A stretch of 64,000 nt of DNA from Prorocentrum cordatum (taxonomy: Eukaryota): positions 1 to 64,000 of the forward strand of contig CAUYUJ010000035.1 in assembly GCA_963575745.1 (NCBI GenBank), in the 5' to 3' direction. A program made the position numbers and the translations under genes. The notes under the pieces were generated by a model. It did not search any database, was not told the DNA's origin, and worked only from the letters and a program-made list of their open reading frames with translations. How positions within the stretch are numbered: the stretch's first letter is position 1; each line of letters begins with the position of its first letter. Below, piece after piece: positions 12,660-26,301 of the stretch.

Positions 12660-13142
12660 GGCCGCGGGCCCGCGCGCCAGGCATCGCGGACCTGGAGCGT
12701 GTCCGCATGGGCAGCGGCGGCGCCAGCGCTGGCAGCACCGCGGTGCTCGCCTCGCCGTCGCTCGGCGCCCCGAGGGGCGCCCAGCGGCGCCGCCGTGTCC
12801 GCCGCCGCCGCGGGAGTCGTCGGCGGCCCACCGCCCGCCGCCGCCGCCAGTCCGGCGCGGGCGGCCGCGGCCCCGGCGCGCTGCGCGCTCCTCGCCGCCG
12901 CTGCGGCCGAGGGCTGTGCGGGTCGGCCCCCCCGCCGAGCAGCCTCGCCACTGGAAGAAGCAGAAGACTCGGAGCCCGTGCAGAGACAGCGGGTCGTGTC
13001 GAGCGAACAGGAACCGCGTGTCGATGTGGAGTGCGGGCGCGCCCGCGAAATCGTGTCTTCAGACCAGCTGTTTCCAGTTGGGCGCTCGAGCCGCCCCCTC
13101 GGCAGCGACCAAGTTCGAAGCGCCAGGGACGCACGTTTCGAA

Positions 13143-13164
13143 CTTGAGCCAAAATGGCTACGGA
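13143..13164 (-). other. Dinoflagellate spliced leader (DinoSL) copy, 22/22
   Basis: Reverse complement reads TCCGTAGCCATTTTGGCTCAAG. Confidence 0.95.
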
Positions 13165-13344
13165 GGAGGAGGAGGAGGAGGAGGAAAAGGAGGAGGAGGA
13201 GGAGGAGAAGGAGGGGGAGGGAGGGAGGGAGGGAGGGAGGGAGGGAGGAGGAGAAGGACGACAATGAGGACGCGGTGGACGAGGACGATGACGACGATGA
13301 CGACGACGACGACGACGACGACGACCACCATAGCGACGACGACC

Positions 13345-13416
<72 letters not shown>

Positions 13417-13830
13417 GCGACGACGACTGACGTGGAAACCGACTCCCCCCAGGGCGGACCGACGCGGCGAGGCTGGCCGCGAAGCCGAGCGGCGGTGCCT
13501 TGGCCTCCCCTTGCCGCCATCTCCCGACCGCCCAGCTGCAGGTCGGCAGGAGGGGCAGGGACTGGAGGAGGAGGGAGGAGGAGGAACGGAGGGGAGGAGG
13601 AGGGGGGAGGAGGAGGGGGGAGGAGGGAGGAGGAGGAGGAGGAGGAGGAGGAGGAGGAGGAGGAGGAGGGGAGAGGAGGAGGAGGAGGAGGAGGAGGAGG
13701 AGGGGAGGAGGAGGAGGAGGAGGAGGAGGAGGAGGAGGAGGAGGAGGAGGAGGGGGGGGGGGAGCAGGGAGGAGGCAGGAGGAGGAGGAGGAGGAGGAGG
13801 AGGAGGAGGAGGAGGAGGAGGAGGAGGAGG
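13162..13830. repeat. (GAG)n/(GAC)n microsatellite cluster
   Basis: Long GGA and GAC tracts read directly; a further degenerate GAG/GAC tract lies at ~14365-14500. Confidence 0.95.
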
Positions 13831-16619
13831 CAGCAGAAATTAACAACTGCAGGGTTGCAGGAACTTTGCTGCGTAATCCTACAAGTTTCGTGGCGGTCAG
13901 GGCGTTCTGGAGTGGGGGCGGGCAGGGGCGCGTCTAGAAGCTTCCCAATGGACTGCACCACTCCTCGGCGGCACCTGGAAGTGGCACAGCTTGCCGCCGT
14001 GTCTCTCGGTAATGTTTCGCACGTGGTCGTCCCTGAAAGCGCTGGACAACGAAGAAGTGCGAAGCTCACGGGTGGCCATTCAGTCTTTGAGAAAGCACGC
14101 TGGGATGTGACCCATCTGTGCGCGTGCGTGCGCGCGTGCGTGCGCGTGCCAACCTTTCGAAGGAAGATAATGCGCAGAATCCAGATTCAACAATACCAAA
14201 GACGCAGAATCGAGAACGGTGCAGAGCAGAGAATGGTGCACTGCATGGGCGCGAACGTCAGCGGCGCCCAGGCCCGCTGGGAAACGGCCCAGTTCACCGG
14301 GAAGTGGCCCAATTTGCCAGGACGCGGACTCTTTCGGGGGCCGGCCACGGGGTATGGGCGGCCGAGGAGGACGAGGAGGAGGACGAGGAGGACGAGGGGG
14401 ACGAGGGGGACGAGGAGGAGGACGAGGAGGACGAGGAGGACGAGGGGGACGAGGAGGAGGACGAGGAGGAGGAGGAGGAGGAGGAGGAGGAGGAAGAGGG
14501 TGAGGGGGCGATGGAGGCCTCCAGGCCTTGGAGGTCGAGACTTCGGCCTCCACTCAGAGGGATCCTCCGGTCAATTCTATACGATTCTGCTTCTCCGTTT
14601 GGGAACACTCTCTCCCCCTCTCTCTCTTTCTCTCTTTCTGTCTCTCTCTGCTTGTTGGTCGTTCTCTTTCTCTCTCTCTCTCTCTCTCCGCGCTTGTGTT
14701 TTTAGTTGTTTTGTTGTTGTTCTCTCTCTCTCTCTTTCTGTCTCTCTGCCTCGCACTGTCTATTGGGGAGTATCTCGGCGCGACACATTAGTTGTGTATC
14801 TATACATATTGACTGGAGCGCACGCAGAGGGGAGGGACGAGAAGGATTGGGGGGGGGTCGGTCGACCGAGAAGCCAGGGAAACAGGAGGGGCCCACAGGC
14901 AAGCTGGGGGCGCAAGCGTCGCATCTGACTTCCGGCCCCATCCCTCCCACCCCTTGCCACTCGGCAGGTATCCTCTCTACTCGCAGGGTCGGATGTCAAG
15001 CAGTGCAGTGCTCCCGAAAGAGTTCGCGATGCATGGTACAGCACAGCACTGCATGGCGTCGCCTGGGGGGTGCGACTTGTTCGGGCAATAGGGTCACAGG
15101 GAAACCAGACGTGGCATAGGACATAACATGCAAATGGACGGTTTGGAAAGCGGGACGCGCATCAGGAAATCAGCGCGGCAGCGAACGCACGATGTCGAAA
15201 GACCGAAACCGCAGAAACAAGACCAGCGCTGCAGTGAGAGCATGATTTGGAAGGAACTGAAGCGAGGAAACGAAGTCATCGCCGCAGCAGGAGCACGATT
15301 TGGAAGAGCCGAAAAAATGATATGAGGTCAGCTCTACGGAAAGAACATGATTTGGAAGGGCTGAGAAAAGGAACATCGAGCGTATTCTGAAATGACTGAA
15401 ACGGTTCGGATTGGAGGAGCACATCGTGCTTGTCAGTTCGACGGCATCCAGTGCGTAACAAAAACAGCACGCGGAGGAAACCAGGACACCTCACCGCCAT
15501 CTTTGGAGAAGGGAAGATACTACTATTCATCTTGTGTAACTGTCAAGCTATAGGTGCGCTCGCGCCACATCTGGCTTCCGACCCCTCCCGCCCATCCCTT
15601 CCAAGTGCGCTGTGTTTCTATATCCACCGACGGGTGTCGTAACGGACATGGAACCCCCCAAAGGACCCCTTTGTTTCATCCGCAATCACCGAAAAGGGGA
15701 GCGCGTGCATTGGAGGAGAAAGTGGCGGATGAGCAGGGGTAAGAGGAGGATGAGGATGAGGATGAGGATGAGGATGATGTTGATGATGATGATGACGATG
15801 ATGTTGTTGTTGATGATGATGATGAGGATGATGAGGATGATGATGATGATGAGGAGGAGGAGGAACAGCACCAGCAGGAGCAGGAGCGCGAGAATCGGGA
15901 GGAGCAGGATGACCATGGGAAGGCGGGAGAGGGGAAAGGGGAGGACTGGTGCGTGCGACGAAGGGCTTGACGCGAGGCGTTCTGCTTCCACTGCTGTCCC
16001 GGCGAGCGGTGCTTCGAGTCTGAGATCCTGCCACTGGCGCCACCGCCGACAGCACCCGATCAAACTAGAGGGGATTGGAAACGCCGAAGCCTTCTTCTCC
16101 AGGACGCCCGCGTCCTCGGGAAGGACTGGAGAGGGGAGGGGGGGGAAGGGGGAGAGGGAGGTGATAGGGGGCCCTGGGGGGTGAAAAGGACTGCCGGGAG
16201 AAGAGGAGGGGATCAGCGATGGGGCACGCACAGAAGGGCGATAGGGAAGGAGAGCTCCTTGTGCTCCTCTCGCCCCCTCGTCCTCCTCCCTCCCCGTGCT
16301 ACCCCCACCTCCTCTTCCTCCTCCTCCTCCTCCTCCTCCTACTCCTCCTCCTCCTCGCCCTCCTCCTTCTCTTTTTTTTTCTCCTGCTGCAGTCCCCCCT
16401 GCTCCTCCTCCGCCCAATCCCGCTCCTCCCCCCACTCCTTCTCGCCCTCACCCCTGCTCCTCCTACATAGTCATTTCCCTGCTCCTCCTCCTCCGCCTCC
16501 TCCTCCTCCTCCTTCCGTTTCCTTATCCATAACTCCCCCCTGTCGCACCCACAGTCGTGTCGGTATGGCGGGTTGGGCGTTTCGCCTGAGACTTCCTCAA
16601 CATGTACGATCCTGACGCT

Positions 16620-18515
16620 TGAGATTTGCATCATGTTTAAGGATGGAAGGCGAGTCGTGTTAACCATGTGGCCCTCATCTGATTGCCGCGCACATTCGTC
16701 GTAAAAGCTTCCAGCGGTGTCAAGGATGGAAGGAGTGCAGGTTTCAAACATGATGGACCCACGAACCCGGAAAGGGATATAGACATGTGGAGCATGGACA
16801 CGTTTTCATGATACCCAACTGGGCAACACCTCACGAAACATCCCACGAGACACCTCACGAAACAGCCCACGAGACACCTCACGAAACATTCCACGAGACA
16901 CCTCACGAAACATTTCACGAGACACCCCGCGAAACATTCCACGAGACACCCCACGAAACATTCCACGACGACAGGCAACCACTCAACCAAGGCGGTGTGG
17001 TCGTGCTGGGGAGTGGTCGTGCTGGGGTGTGGTCGTGCTGGGGGGTGGTCGTGCTGGGGGGTGGTCGTGCTGGGGGGGTGGTCGTGCTGGGGGGTGGTCG
17101 TGCTGGGGCGTGGTCGTGCTGGGGCGTGGTCGTGCTGGGGCGTGGTCGTGCTGGTCGTGCTGTGGTGGTCGTGCTGGGGTGTGGTCGTGCTGGGGTGTGG
17201 TCTTGCTAGGGTGTGGTTGCTGGGGTGGGGTCGTGCTGGGGTGTGGTCGTGCTGGGGTGTGGTCGTGCTGGGTGCTAGGGTGGTCGTGCTGGGGTGGGGT
17301 CGTGCTGGGGAGTGGTCGTGCTGGGGTGTGGTCGTGCTGGGGTGTGGTCGTGCTGGGGCGTGGTCGTGCTGGGGTGGGGTCGTGCTGGGGTGGGGTCGTG
17401 CTGGGGTGGGTTCGTGCTGTGGTGAGGTCGTGCTGGGGTGTGGTCGTGCTGGGGTGTGGTCTTGCTGGGGTGTGGTCGTGCTAGGGTGGGGTCGTGCTGG
17501 GGTGGGGTCGTGCTGGGGTGGCTAGGGTGGGGTCGTGCTAGGGTGGGGGCGTGCTGGGGGGTGGTCGTGCTGGGGTGTGGTCGTGCTGGGGTATGGTCGT
17601 GCTAGGGTGGGGGCGTGCTGGGGGGTGGTCGTGCTGGGGGGGTGGTCGTGCTGGGAGGTGGTCCTCAGAATTCAGGTCCCCAGGAGAGGACAATCTATAA
17701 CACAAAACAAGCGTTTCGCTCGAGACATCCTCACCATTTTCTGAAAAACAAGCGTTTCGCTCGAGACATCCTCAAATTTTAATTCGCCGGCTCGTTATTT
17801 ATCATGGAAAAAATTCGCCGGCAATTCGCCGGCTCGTTATTTATCAGGGAAAAAATTCGCCGGCAATTCGCCGGCTCGTTATTTATCAGGGAAAAAATTC
17901 GCCGGCCTCCTTCAAGCAGGCACCGGGGGACAGGTTTACCTAGTACAAAGAGAACCCTGGGCTCTTGCCCTTTCCGGGAAAAGGTGGCTCTCACAATAGC
18001 GCCGCGCACATTCGTTTTAAACACTTGCAACAACTTCGAGGATGGAAGGAGGCCCGGTTTCAAAAGGTTCCTCTAGTCTTAATGCCGCGCGCAGTCGTCT
18101 TAACACATTGCAGAAGCATCACGGATTGAGGGCAGGTCGTTTTCAAGAGGTGGCTCTCAGCTTAGCGCCACGCACGCTCGTCTTAAACAATTGCAAGAGC
18201 TTCACGGCTTGAGGGCGGGTCGTTTTCAAAAGGTGGCTCTCTCATTAGCGCCGCACACACTCGTCTTAAGAACTTGCAAGGGTCTCATGAATTCCCCTGG
18301 TTGCCCAACGTACCAGAGACGGTGTTTTCGAACTAGTCAGGACTCTTAGGGTACAATTGTTAAATGGATTCGACACGCTTTATGATCTTCCAACGGTTGT
18401 CTCCCAACAGGGCAATTCCCTGCGTCGACATGAACCCTTGAAGGGGCCTATGGGGAGGAAGCTTGGAGGAAAGGTTTATTCCGAACATCGTTGATGAGTC
18501 TGGGGTTTGCACTGG
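16620..18515 (+). mobile_element. Dispersed SINE-like element copy 1 (~80-bp tandem array + conserved 3' end + TCC tail), interrupted by copy E
   Basis: Units of TAGCGCCGCGCACATTCG...GTTTTCAAAAGGTGGCTCTC, ending CATCGTTGATGAGTCTGGGGTTTGCACTGG followed by TCCTCC. Homologous to ~27480-28090 and 45023-45482. The 5' boundary is approximate. Confidence 0.55.
16749..17980 (-). mobile_element. Helitron2/Helentron-like non-autonomous element, copy E (subfamily 2)
   Basis: CATGATGGACCCACGAACCCGGAAAGGG ... GCCCTTTCCGGGAA with the same internal arrays as copy C. Splits the A-run of GTTTCAAAAGGTGGCTC in the host repeat. Confidence 0.75.
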
Positions 18516-20494
18516 TCCTCCCTCTTTTCCTCCTCCTCCATTCCTATTCATCCCCCTCCCCCTCCCCCATCTGCGTCCCCATCCTCTCATCCCTCTCCCC
18601 CTCCTGCTCCGATTGCTCCTGCTACACCTTCGTCCGCAGGCCCCGAGGAAAACAAGTCCGCGGGCGCCAGGTGGTCCAAGACAGTCAGGCGCCGATCAGC
18701 CAACGGCGGGGGTACACCTGAGGCGAACTGAGACACGAACACGAAAATAGAGAAGAGCGCGAGAAGAGACAAGACGAAGCCCGCTCAGCCCACTGCGTCG
18801 GCGTGTGGATGCCGAAGGAGGACGCATGCGAGCTGCGTGTAGCCCAGGGCGGTGGTGACAGGGCCCCCACTTCAAAAACTCTGTGATCTGAGATCCAGCG
18901 ATGCGAACAGATGCAGACATCGCGACAAATCACGACCAGAGCCCTGGAGCCCTTCTCGGGGCGGTGTTCGAGCCAAATCGACCTGCGATGGTCCCAATCC
19001 GAAACCGGGCGCAAAACGCCCGGTGTGACAAAATGGCAACGCCCGGATCTCAAAGGCAGCTCTGTTCGCGCTGGGCGCTGCGCGAAGCGCGAAGAACTTC
19101 GCGCTCTCGCGACGCCCCCCCAGGGAAGGGGAGGACGAGGAGGACGAGGAGGATGAGGATGAGGGAATCGCGAGCCGCGAATCATTTCGCACCCTCGTGG
19201 CGGCCCTGGGACCTCAGAGAGAAGACGGGGGCCAAGCGTCAGCCCCAGACTTCCCCCCCGGGGCTGCCGCCGGAGCCCGACGCCCCCAAGCGCAGGCCAG
19301 GGGTGCGCCACGCGCGGCGCGACACCGCGAGGCGTTCTGTCGGTGCCGCGCGCGCGGCGCGCAGACGTCGGCCGCGCGCAGCGGCTCCAGGGGCCCCCAC
19401 ACCTCGACCCGATAGAAGAGGGATGTGCAGTCGACGGGGGGCCGGAGGGAGGAGGGAGGGAGGAGGGGGGAGGCGGACGGAGGCGGAGGGAGGAGGAGGG
19501 AGGGCGGGAGGGAGGGAGGGAGGGAAAGGGAGGAGGAGGAGGAGGAGGAGGAGGAGGAGGAGGAGGACCCATCATCGTTGTGCAATCTTCGGCGGTCTTC
19601 AGGCCGCCCTTCGGCGGCCTGCGGCGGTCTCCCGCGGCCTTCGGCCGCTTCCGGCGCGAAGGCTGGATGGCCGTGTTCAAAACAAGGGGTCCACGATCGA
19701 ACACCTGCAGGCTCAGGCCCAGCGGCGCGAAGCCGCCTGAGCCTGAGGAGTGAGGGAGAGGAAGGCTTGGGTGCCGCGCAGGGTGCTCCAAAGGTGGTTT
19801 CGACCTCCACTCTGGAGGCTCTCTCTCCCGCGCTGTGCGGCTTGTGCTTCCTGGCATGCCCGTGAGGCTCACGGGGGCCTCTGGGACGCGGAGTCCCTCG
19901 CTGCCATCCCCTCCCTGCCCCGCGACCTGCCTCTCCCCACACACCGCGCCCCGGGAAAATAGCGAGGGGGAGGAAGAGGAGTGCGGCGAGGAGGAGGAGG
20001 AGGAGGAGGAGGAGGAGGAGGAGGAGGAGGAGAACGAGGAGAAGGAGGAGGAGGACGACGAGGGCGACGGCGACGAGGAGGAGGAGGAGGAGGGCGAGGG
20101 CGGGGAGGAGGGCGAGAAGGGCGAGGAGGGCGAAAGGGCGAGCAGGGCGAGGTTGAGGAGGGCGAGCAGGGCGAGAAATTCAAGGCACCCCGCCTCCCCG
20201 CCTCCATGGCATGGGCCGGGGCTGGCCGCTCGTCGGCGTACGCGCCGGCGCCAGCCTCGATGCTGACCGCATGCCCGTCGTCCGCCGTCATCCACCGTCC
20301 GTCGTCGTCCGCCTTTCGTCATCCGTCGTCGTCCGTCGTCCGTCGTCGGTCTTCGTCCGTCGTCCGCCGCCGTAGTCTTCGTCCGCCGTCCGCCGCCGCC
20401 GTCGTCAGCATCGTCGTCGGCCTCGCCGTCCGCATCGCCGTCGTCGTCGCCGCCGCCGCCACCGTGGCCGCCGCCGCCGTCGCCGTCGCCGTCG

Positions 20495-20545
<51 letters not shown>

Positions 20546-21379
20546 GTGTACCTGGGACAACACGATGATAGGATTCGGTGGGATATGGTATGGCATAGCA
20601 TGGGATGCCACGCAATGGTAATGTGGCGCGCCATGGACATCGAATGGGCGACGGGTGCACTCGGGACAGGAAGTACACCTGCGACTAGACGTGGCGGTGT
20701 ACATCTGGTGCCCTCTCTTCCGATGCATGTAGATGAGCCGAACTGTCCGCCAATAAGCTTCGACACCTCCAGCGGCTGAGGCGCTCACAGAGGGAGCGCG
20801 CATGTGCTGCGTCAACACAGGGGCTGTCAGTCTGCTCCTACTCCTCTTCCTCCTCCTCATCCTGCAATTTGCATCATATCCCTTATATCCTTCTCCCTCC
20901 CCCTCCACCTCCACTTCCTCTTCCCCTCTCCCCCTCGCCCTCCTCTTCCTCATCCCCTTGATCCAAAGCCTCTTAGTCCCCGTCCGCTTTCAGAGCCTCC
21001 TTCATCATCTCCTTCTTCTCCTCATCGACTTGCGTATACTACTCCTCCCGTTCCTGCTCCTTCTCCTTCCGTCCTCTCGCTCCTGATCGCCTCTTCATAT
21101 TCCTCCACCACCGCATTCTAATCACCATTCTCCTCCTCTTCCTCCTGATTTCCCTGGTCCTCCTCCGCTTCCTCGTCCTGGTCTTCCTTGTCATGCATGC
21201 CTTCTGCTTCGTCTCTACCTTCTCCTCCTCGTCCTCCTCGATTATCCTCGCACGCTTCGCTTCATCCCAGAGTTGTCCCTATCTCGTATTCACCCTCTTC
21301 CTCACTCCTCACACTTTCCCTTAGTTGAGCGCGGCTGCGTCTCGAGCCTGCGTCGCCATTTCCAGAAAACCTCCGTATG

Positions 21380-21900
21380 GGCCTGCCCCCCCAGCAGAGA
21401 GGCCCCGGCGATTATAAACGCAATGGGCAACGGCGGAACCAGACACTGGACGTGACGTATCAGCGACTAGTAAAACATTGCTGAAGGTGCATGTCCAATC
21501 AGACTGGAACGGCCAGCATGTGTTGCAGCACGGTGGAGCAAACTGCCCATTGACACGTCGCGCCAGATGGCTTGGCGGTACGCGATTCACTATCCCATCA
21601 CCAGATGTGAACGACCAGATGAAATTTGCGATGGTGATAACACTTTGTGGCAAGAACGAGTACCGTCTGACAAGTCGTGCATACTAGCCAATTGTGGTCA
21701 CATGGCTGCAGCTACTGGTAACGGAACATCCATGATGACACACCATATGATAATACATGCGTGAATGCAAGATACAAACCATTCCAAGACATGTTGCAAT
21801 AGGCTGGGATACGCGAAACTGGTGTGCACCATGGGCTACAATACACTCACAGACAGTGATTCGCTGCAGTAGGACGGCATTCAACCTGGCCTATCATAGA
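21380..21900 (+). pseudogene. Possible highly decayed LINE AP-endonuclease fragment
   Basis: Non-repetitive, coding-like stretch with YRLTS..L.NCGH resembling the S.H.P..G segment of APE domains; many stops. Confidence 0.3.
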
Positions 21901-22069
21901 ATCCGCCGACCCCGTCGGCGTGTGGAAGACGCGGTTCGTCGTCGTCAAGACGCTGTTTGTCGCGAACCTCGTCGTCGACGTCACCGCTCCCACATGGAGG
22001 TCGCCGCTCTCGCTCTCCCTGAGCCCGTCGCAGAACAGACCAACGTCTCACTGCGTCATAGGGAAGTCC

Positions 22070-22700
22070 CTTCCCTTTGATTCCTTTCCTGGGGGGTGGG
22101 TGGGTCCGAGGGGGGGTCCCTGGAGGGGGGTCCTGGGAGACTGTCCCAAATCAGAATGTCATCCCCCAGGGAGTCCCGGGGCCCAGAAAAGCCCCAAGAC
22201 GACCAAGAGGCCCTTGGACGGTCCAAGAGGGCCCCGACTCGCCGAACTATCAGTCCAAGACGCCAAAGTCGCCTCCAGACGGCCCAAAAGGTTTCCAAGA
22301 CTGGCCCCAAGACGGCCCAAGAGGCCCCCAAGACGCCCCAAGAGGCGTTCCAAGAGGGCCCCCAGAGACCAAAATCATTAATATACGTTAGGTTGTTCAT
22401 GAATTTTTGCGTTTCCGCCTTTTCGGCTTTCCGACGCTCCAAGACGGCCCAAGAGGCCCCCAAGTTCGCCCCTAGGCCCTAGGCGGCCCAAGAGGGCCCC
22501 AAGAGCCGCCCAATACGGCCCAACGAGGGGCCCCAAAGAGAGACCGCGAACAGAGAGTGCTAGCCTTCCGCTCCAAGAGGCCCCAAGAGGCTACCTAGAG
22601 GCCCCTAAGAGACCCTCATGAGGCCCAAAAGAAGCCCCAAGAGGCCTCCAGAAGCCCCCCAACAGGCCCCCAAGAAGCTCCCAAGAGGCCCCAAAACTAC
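22070..22700. repeat. Interspersed GGCCCCAAGA-rich repeat family (related, mostly inverted, copies at ~5930-6050, 23380-23700, 35990-36840, 37580-37780, 38300-38410)
   Basis: Dense degenerate CCAAGA(G/C)GGCC short repeats with an AT-richer core. Confidence 0.7.
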
Positions 22701-22750
22701 CCACCTCGGCCTTGTGCCCGTCGTCTCCGTCGCAGTATTCTTCATCGTTG

Positions 22751-22800
<50 letters not shown>

Positions 22801-24449
22801 TTCATGGTTGGCGGCACTGGCCGTAAGGCCTTCATATCATACCAGCCATGCGCAAGCCGAAGTCGTATCATATCATGGTAACCAAATACATCTGCATCAG
22901 CGCGAGGACCATAACCAATGATACAGAACTGTCACACGTGATAGCTAAAGCTGGGGTTATCCGTGGTCGAGACTCTGCGGAGCGTGCGGCCCGCGGGCGA
23001 GACCGTTCGCAAACACGGCCGCACGCCCATGCCGAGGGCAAGCGAGGCTGGGACCCCATGGGTGAGGCCTTGCGCAACGCGGCCACGCCCCCCACTTTTC
23101 TGTTGGCGGCGCTCGCGGACGTGAGCGCGACTGCAGAGCCGACGGGCCGCGCCAGACACTGGGCGCACCAGAGCGGGTGGAAAAGTCACGCACGCTCCCA
23201 CACGCAGGGCAAGGCTGGGACCCTGCGGCCGGGGCCCTGTGCACGGGACCCCTGGGCAGGACTCTGTGACACTCGACGCCCCAGGCAAGCAAGGGCCCCA
23301 ACGGCTGCATCCAAGGCAACCAAGACCTGGGCCATACGACTGGGGCCATGTGCAGATGCTCGGCTGCCGCGTCGCTTTCTGGGGTCGTCTTGGACGCTTC
23401 CTGGGGGCTTCTTTGGGTTATGTTGGGGCCTTCTCGGGCGCCCCCTGGAGGCTTCTGCAAAGCCTCTTGCTTGGAGGCCAGTTGGAGGTATTGGGGCCGT
23501 CTTGGGCGCGATGGTTCGGCCGAGCTGGGGGGGGTCTTGGGTCCCTGTGGCCATCTCGGGGCGCTCTGAAGCTTTCCTGAAGCAACCTTCCGCCGAACAG
23601 CCTTGGACGGGCAAGACAACTATCACAAACTTTTGCATGCTCTTTCACGTTGGCCTTACAGCGCCTTGATGAGATGCCTCCCATGCACCTCTTAGGAGCG
23701 TCTTGGTTTCTCATAGACTCCTTGAGGCACCCTGAGGCCCATCACCACCGCTGCTGATGTATGTTATGATTAAGTACACGATGCCCCTGCGAGTCGTACT
23801 TTCTCAACTCAAGCTGCTCGTACTACTCCCACTACTCATGCCATCCTACTGCTCTTACTCCGAATCCGACCCGATTGCCACCCATCCGACTTCCCCGTCT
23901 ACTCTTGCGACTCGTACCTCCCGTGCTACTCAGATTGCGTACCCCTGCCACTCCTGCCACTCTATTACCCCGTCTGCTCCTCAGGGCCGATGGTAAAGGG
24001 TCGAGTGCACCGTGCGAAGCAGATAGAGGGCAGAGAGGAGAGACGGCAGTATACAATATGCAGATCATGCCAGCCATGCCCCTGACAGATGTCTACGTGC
24101 CCAGCTGTTCGTCCCAAACGATGGTTTTTTAACTGCGGCTGCACTGTGCCAGCGATGTCGTTGAGACCTGGGGACATCTGGCCAAAAACATCGCGCGACT
24201 GCGCGGGGACGACGCGACGCCGTGAACCGCCCATCACGGCGGCGCCGAATCATTGGATTTTGTCTTTCTGGGAACTCGAGAGCGCTCCGCCAAAGAACCT
24301 TCTAAGCGCGGCGTCGCCGAAATGTGTGTGGTTCGCACTGCCCAAACTCCAAATTCTTGCCATCCGAATTCCTAAGTGGCGCCGCCAAAAGACCCAAACA
24401 AGCGGCGCAGCATTGTAAGAAATAGGCGGAACCCGCCCAAGCGATCCAG

Positions 24450-25400
24450 TGTGCCGTCGATTTGTCAACACATACAGCGCTTGTTCGGTGACCACGGGTA
24501 GTGTTATTTACGCTCTGATCGGCGTATTCGCCGACTCGCTGCGGCTGGAGTTCTGCAGGTGGGGCGGGGCAAAGCCTCGGCGACGATTAGTGGCGCCTCC
24601 TCTCTGCGTGACCACGCACTTTGGCGAGGACAAGGTCACGTCCCGTCTGATGCCAGGCTGTTTCCAGATGGAACGCCAAAGGCCAATACCACTTCTGCGA
24701 AAGAGCCCGCCAAGCGGTGAGACAAGGCGAAGTGCTCCCCAAGTAAGCCGCTACGCTAACAATTCCTGTAAGGCACTACGATCGGTTCTACGCGATGTCC
24801 TCATTTGACGGAGGCTCGACAACATCCGTGTGCTAAGATCCCTGTTCAAACTGGTACAGCGGCACGCCGTCAAAGCTGATGTTGCAGGCTCGCTCGTAGT
24901 TTGAAATGCCCTGAGGTTGACTTTCGGCGATGCGAAGACGTTTCATACCCCAAGGTGAGGGTCGGGTGCTTTCACCAATCATACTCACAGCAATTCTGCT
25001 ACGAGGACAACGAAAGCTAATTCGGGAAATGTTCCAGTGCACACGGAATGAATGTATGGTCTCTTCGTTGGTACAGGCCGGGCCGCATGTGCACAGGTCA
25101 AAGGAATCATCACCAAGTCTGGCGTGCAAAACGGGGGAACTTAGTGTTGGCAATGGTTTTGTTCAATGCCGCCCATGACTTCCGAAAAGTTCGGTCGGAC
25201 AGATCAGACTGGCAATGCGCTGCGACTTAGATGCCCAGCTTAAATGGACTTCAACACACTGGCACGATCACCATTTATACGGCGACGCGGCCACACCATC
25301 CTTAGTGCATCTGGCTTACCCTGACGTTGTCGCGCTAAGTTTGATGCCGATGATGTAGCCCTCCTCTGGTTGATTTCACTACATTTCTGCGTCGGCAACA
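24450..25400 (-). pseudogene. Decayed LINE reverse-transcriptase fragment
   Basis: RQGKPDA (QG motif) at ~25310-25330 followed downstream by LGDD (YADD-like) at ~25105-25117; frameshifted with stops. Confidence 0.45.
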
Positions 25401-26301
25401 CCAGCTGCTGCAGATCAGAGCTCGACAATGATGACGATTATGTGTGTGCGGGGGCCGAAGAACAGGGGCAGGAGAAGGAATCGGAGGCAGATGAAGTGGA
25501 ATGGCTGTATAACTAGCGGTAGGACTATGAGCACCGATAATGAAAACAAAGAACCTGAGCAGGAGTTCAAACAGTAGGTGCAGGAGTGCAAGCGGCAACC
25601 AGGAGTCAGAGCACACGGAGGAAAAGGTGGCAGTAGCAATAGCAGCAGTAGCAGCAGCGACCGACCGTCTCAGCAGCAGCAGAAGAAAGGGGATGATGTC
25701 GGTCACAGTGGGGGCGTCGGCAGCAGCGGTGGCAGCTCAGGGCCACTCGGCACGGCGCAAAGCAGAGGACAATGCAGCAGTTGTTGGTGCTGCGGTTGTA
25801 GAAGGTGTGCCCTGTGTGTGTGTATGTGTGTGTGTGTGTGTGTGGGGGGCGCATGATTGTGTGCCGCCGGCCGAGAAGTAGCGGGAAGTGGAAGAGCAGG
25901 AGCAGGAGCGGGAGCAGGGGGCGGGAGGAGGATGCGGGTCAGAGACGTCCGCGCCCCTCCGCGGGTCAGCAGGTCGTCCGGCGGCTCTCTCCCGTAGGCG
26001 TCTCCGGGCCTGCGCTCACCCCCATCCTGGGGAGAGGAGGGGAAGGGCGAGGGGAGGCGGATGGGGAGGAAGGAGGGGACGGGGACGGGAAGAGGAGGGA
26101 ATCGACGATCGGGGGGGGAGGAGGGAGGGGAGTGGGGGAGGCACGCAGGGGAGAGGGAGGCGAAGCGGAGGCCAGAGAGGCGGGGATGATGACGGGAGTG
26201 AGTGGAGAGAAAAGCAGATGAAAGCAGTGACTCTTCCTCCTCCCTCCCTCCGTCCATCCCTTCCCAGTCCCTCCAGCCCTCTCCTTCCCGTGGCGTTCGA
26301 G

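Larger units (their letters stand above)
6720..13164 (-). mobile_element. Near full-length decayed non-LTR retrotransposon (LINE): spliced leader - ORF1 - APE - RT - Zn knuckle - (TCC)n
   Basis: Collinear domain motifs on the minus strand (see ORF1 and ORF2 features), a perfect spliced leader at the 5' end and a ...ATGTGCGC(TCC)3 3' end. Confidence 0.85.

Noticed and set aside
13143..13164. Spliced-leader RNA gene
   Set aside because: The SL is followed by TTCG and LINE sequence, not the GT-initiated SL intron, and it is not in a tandem SL/5S array. The same applies to 49414-49435.
12256..14928. 890-aa plus-strand ORF and similar long ORFs (18685-20766, 27998-29452, 46900-48558, 53440-54807, 61115-62890)
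   Set aside because: Low-complexity translations of microsatellites, satellites or GC-rich antisense frames, with no coherent domain.
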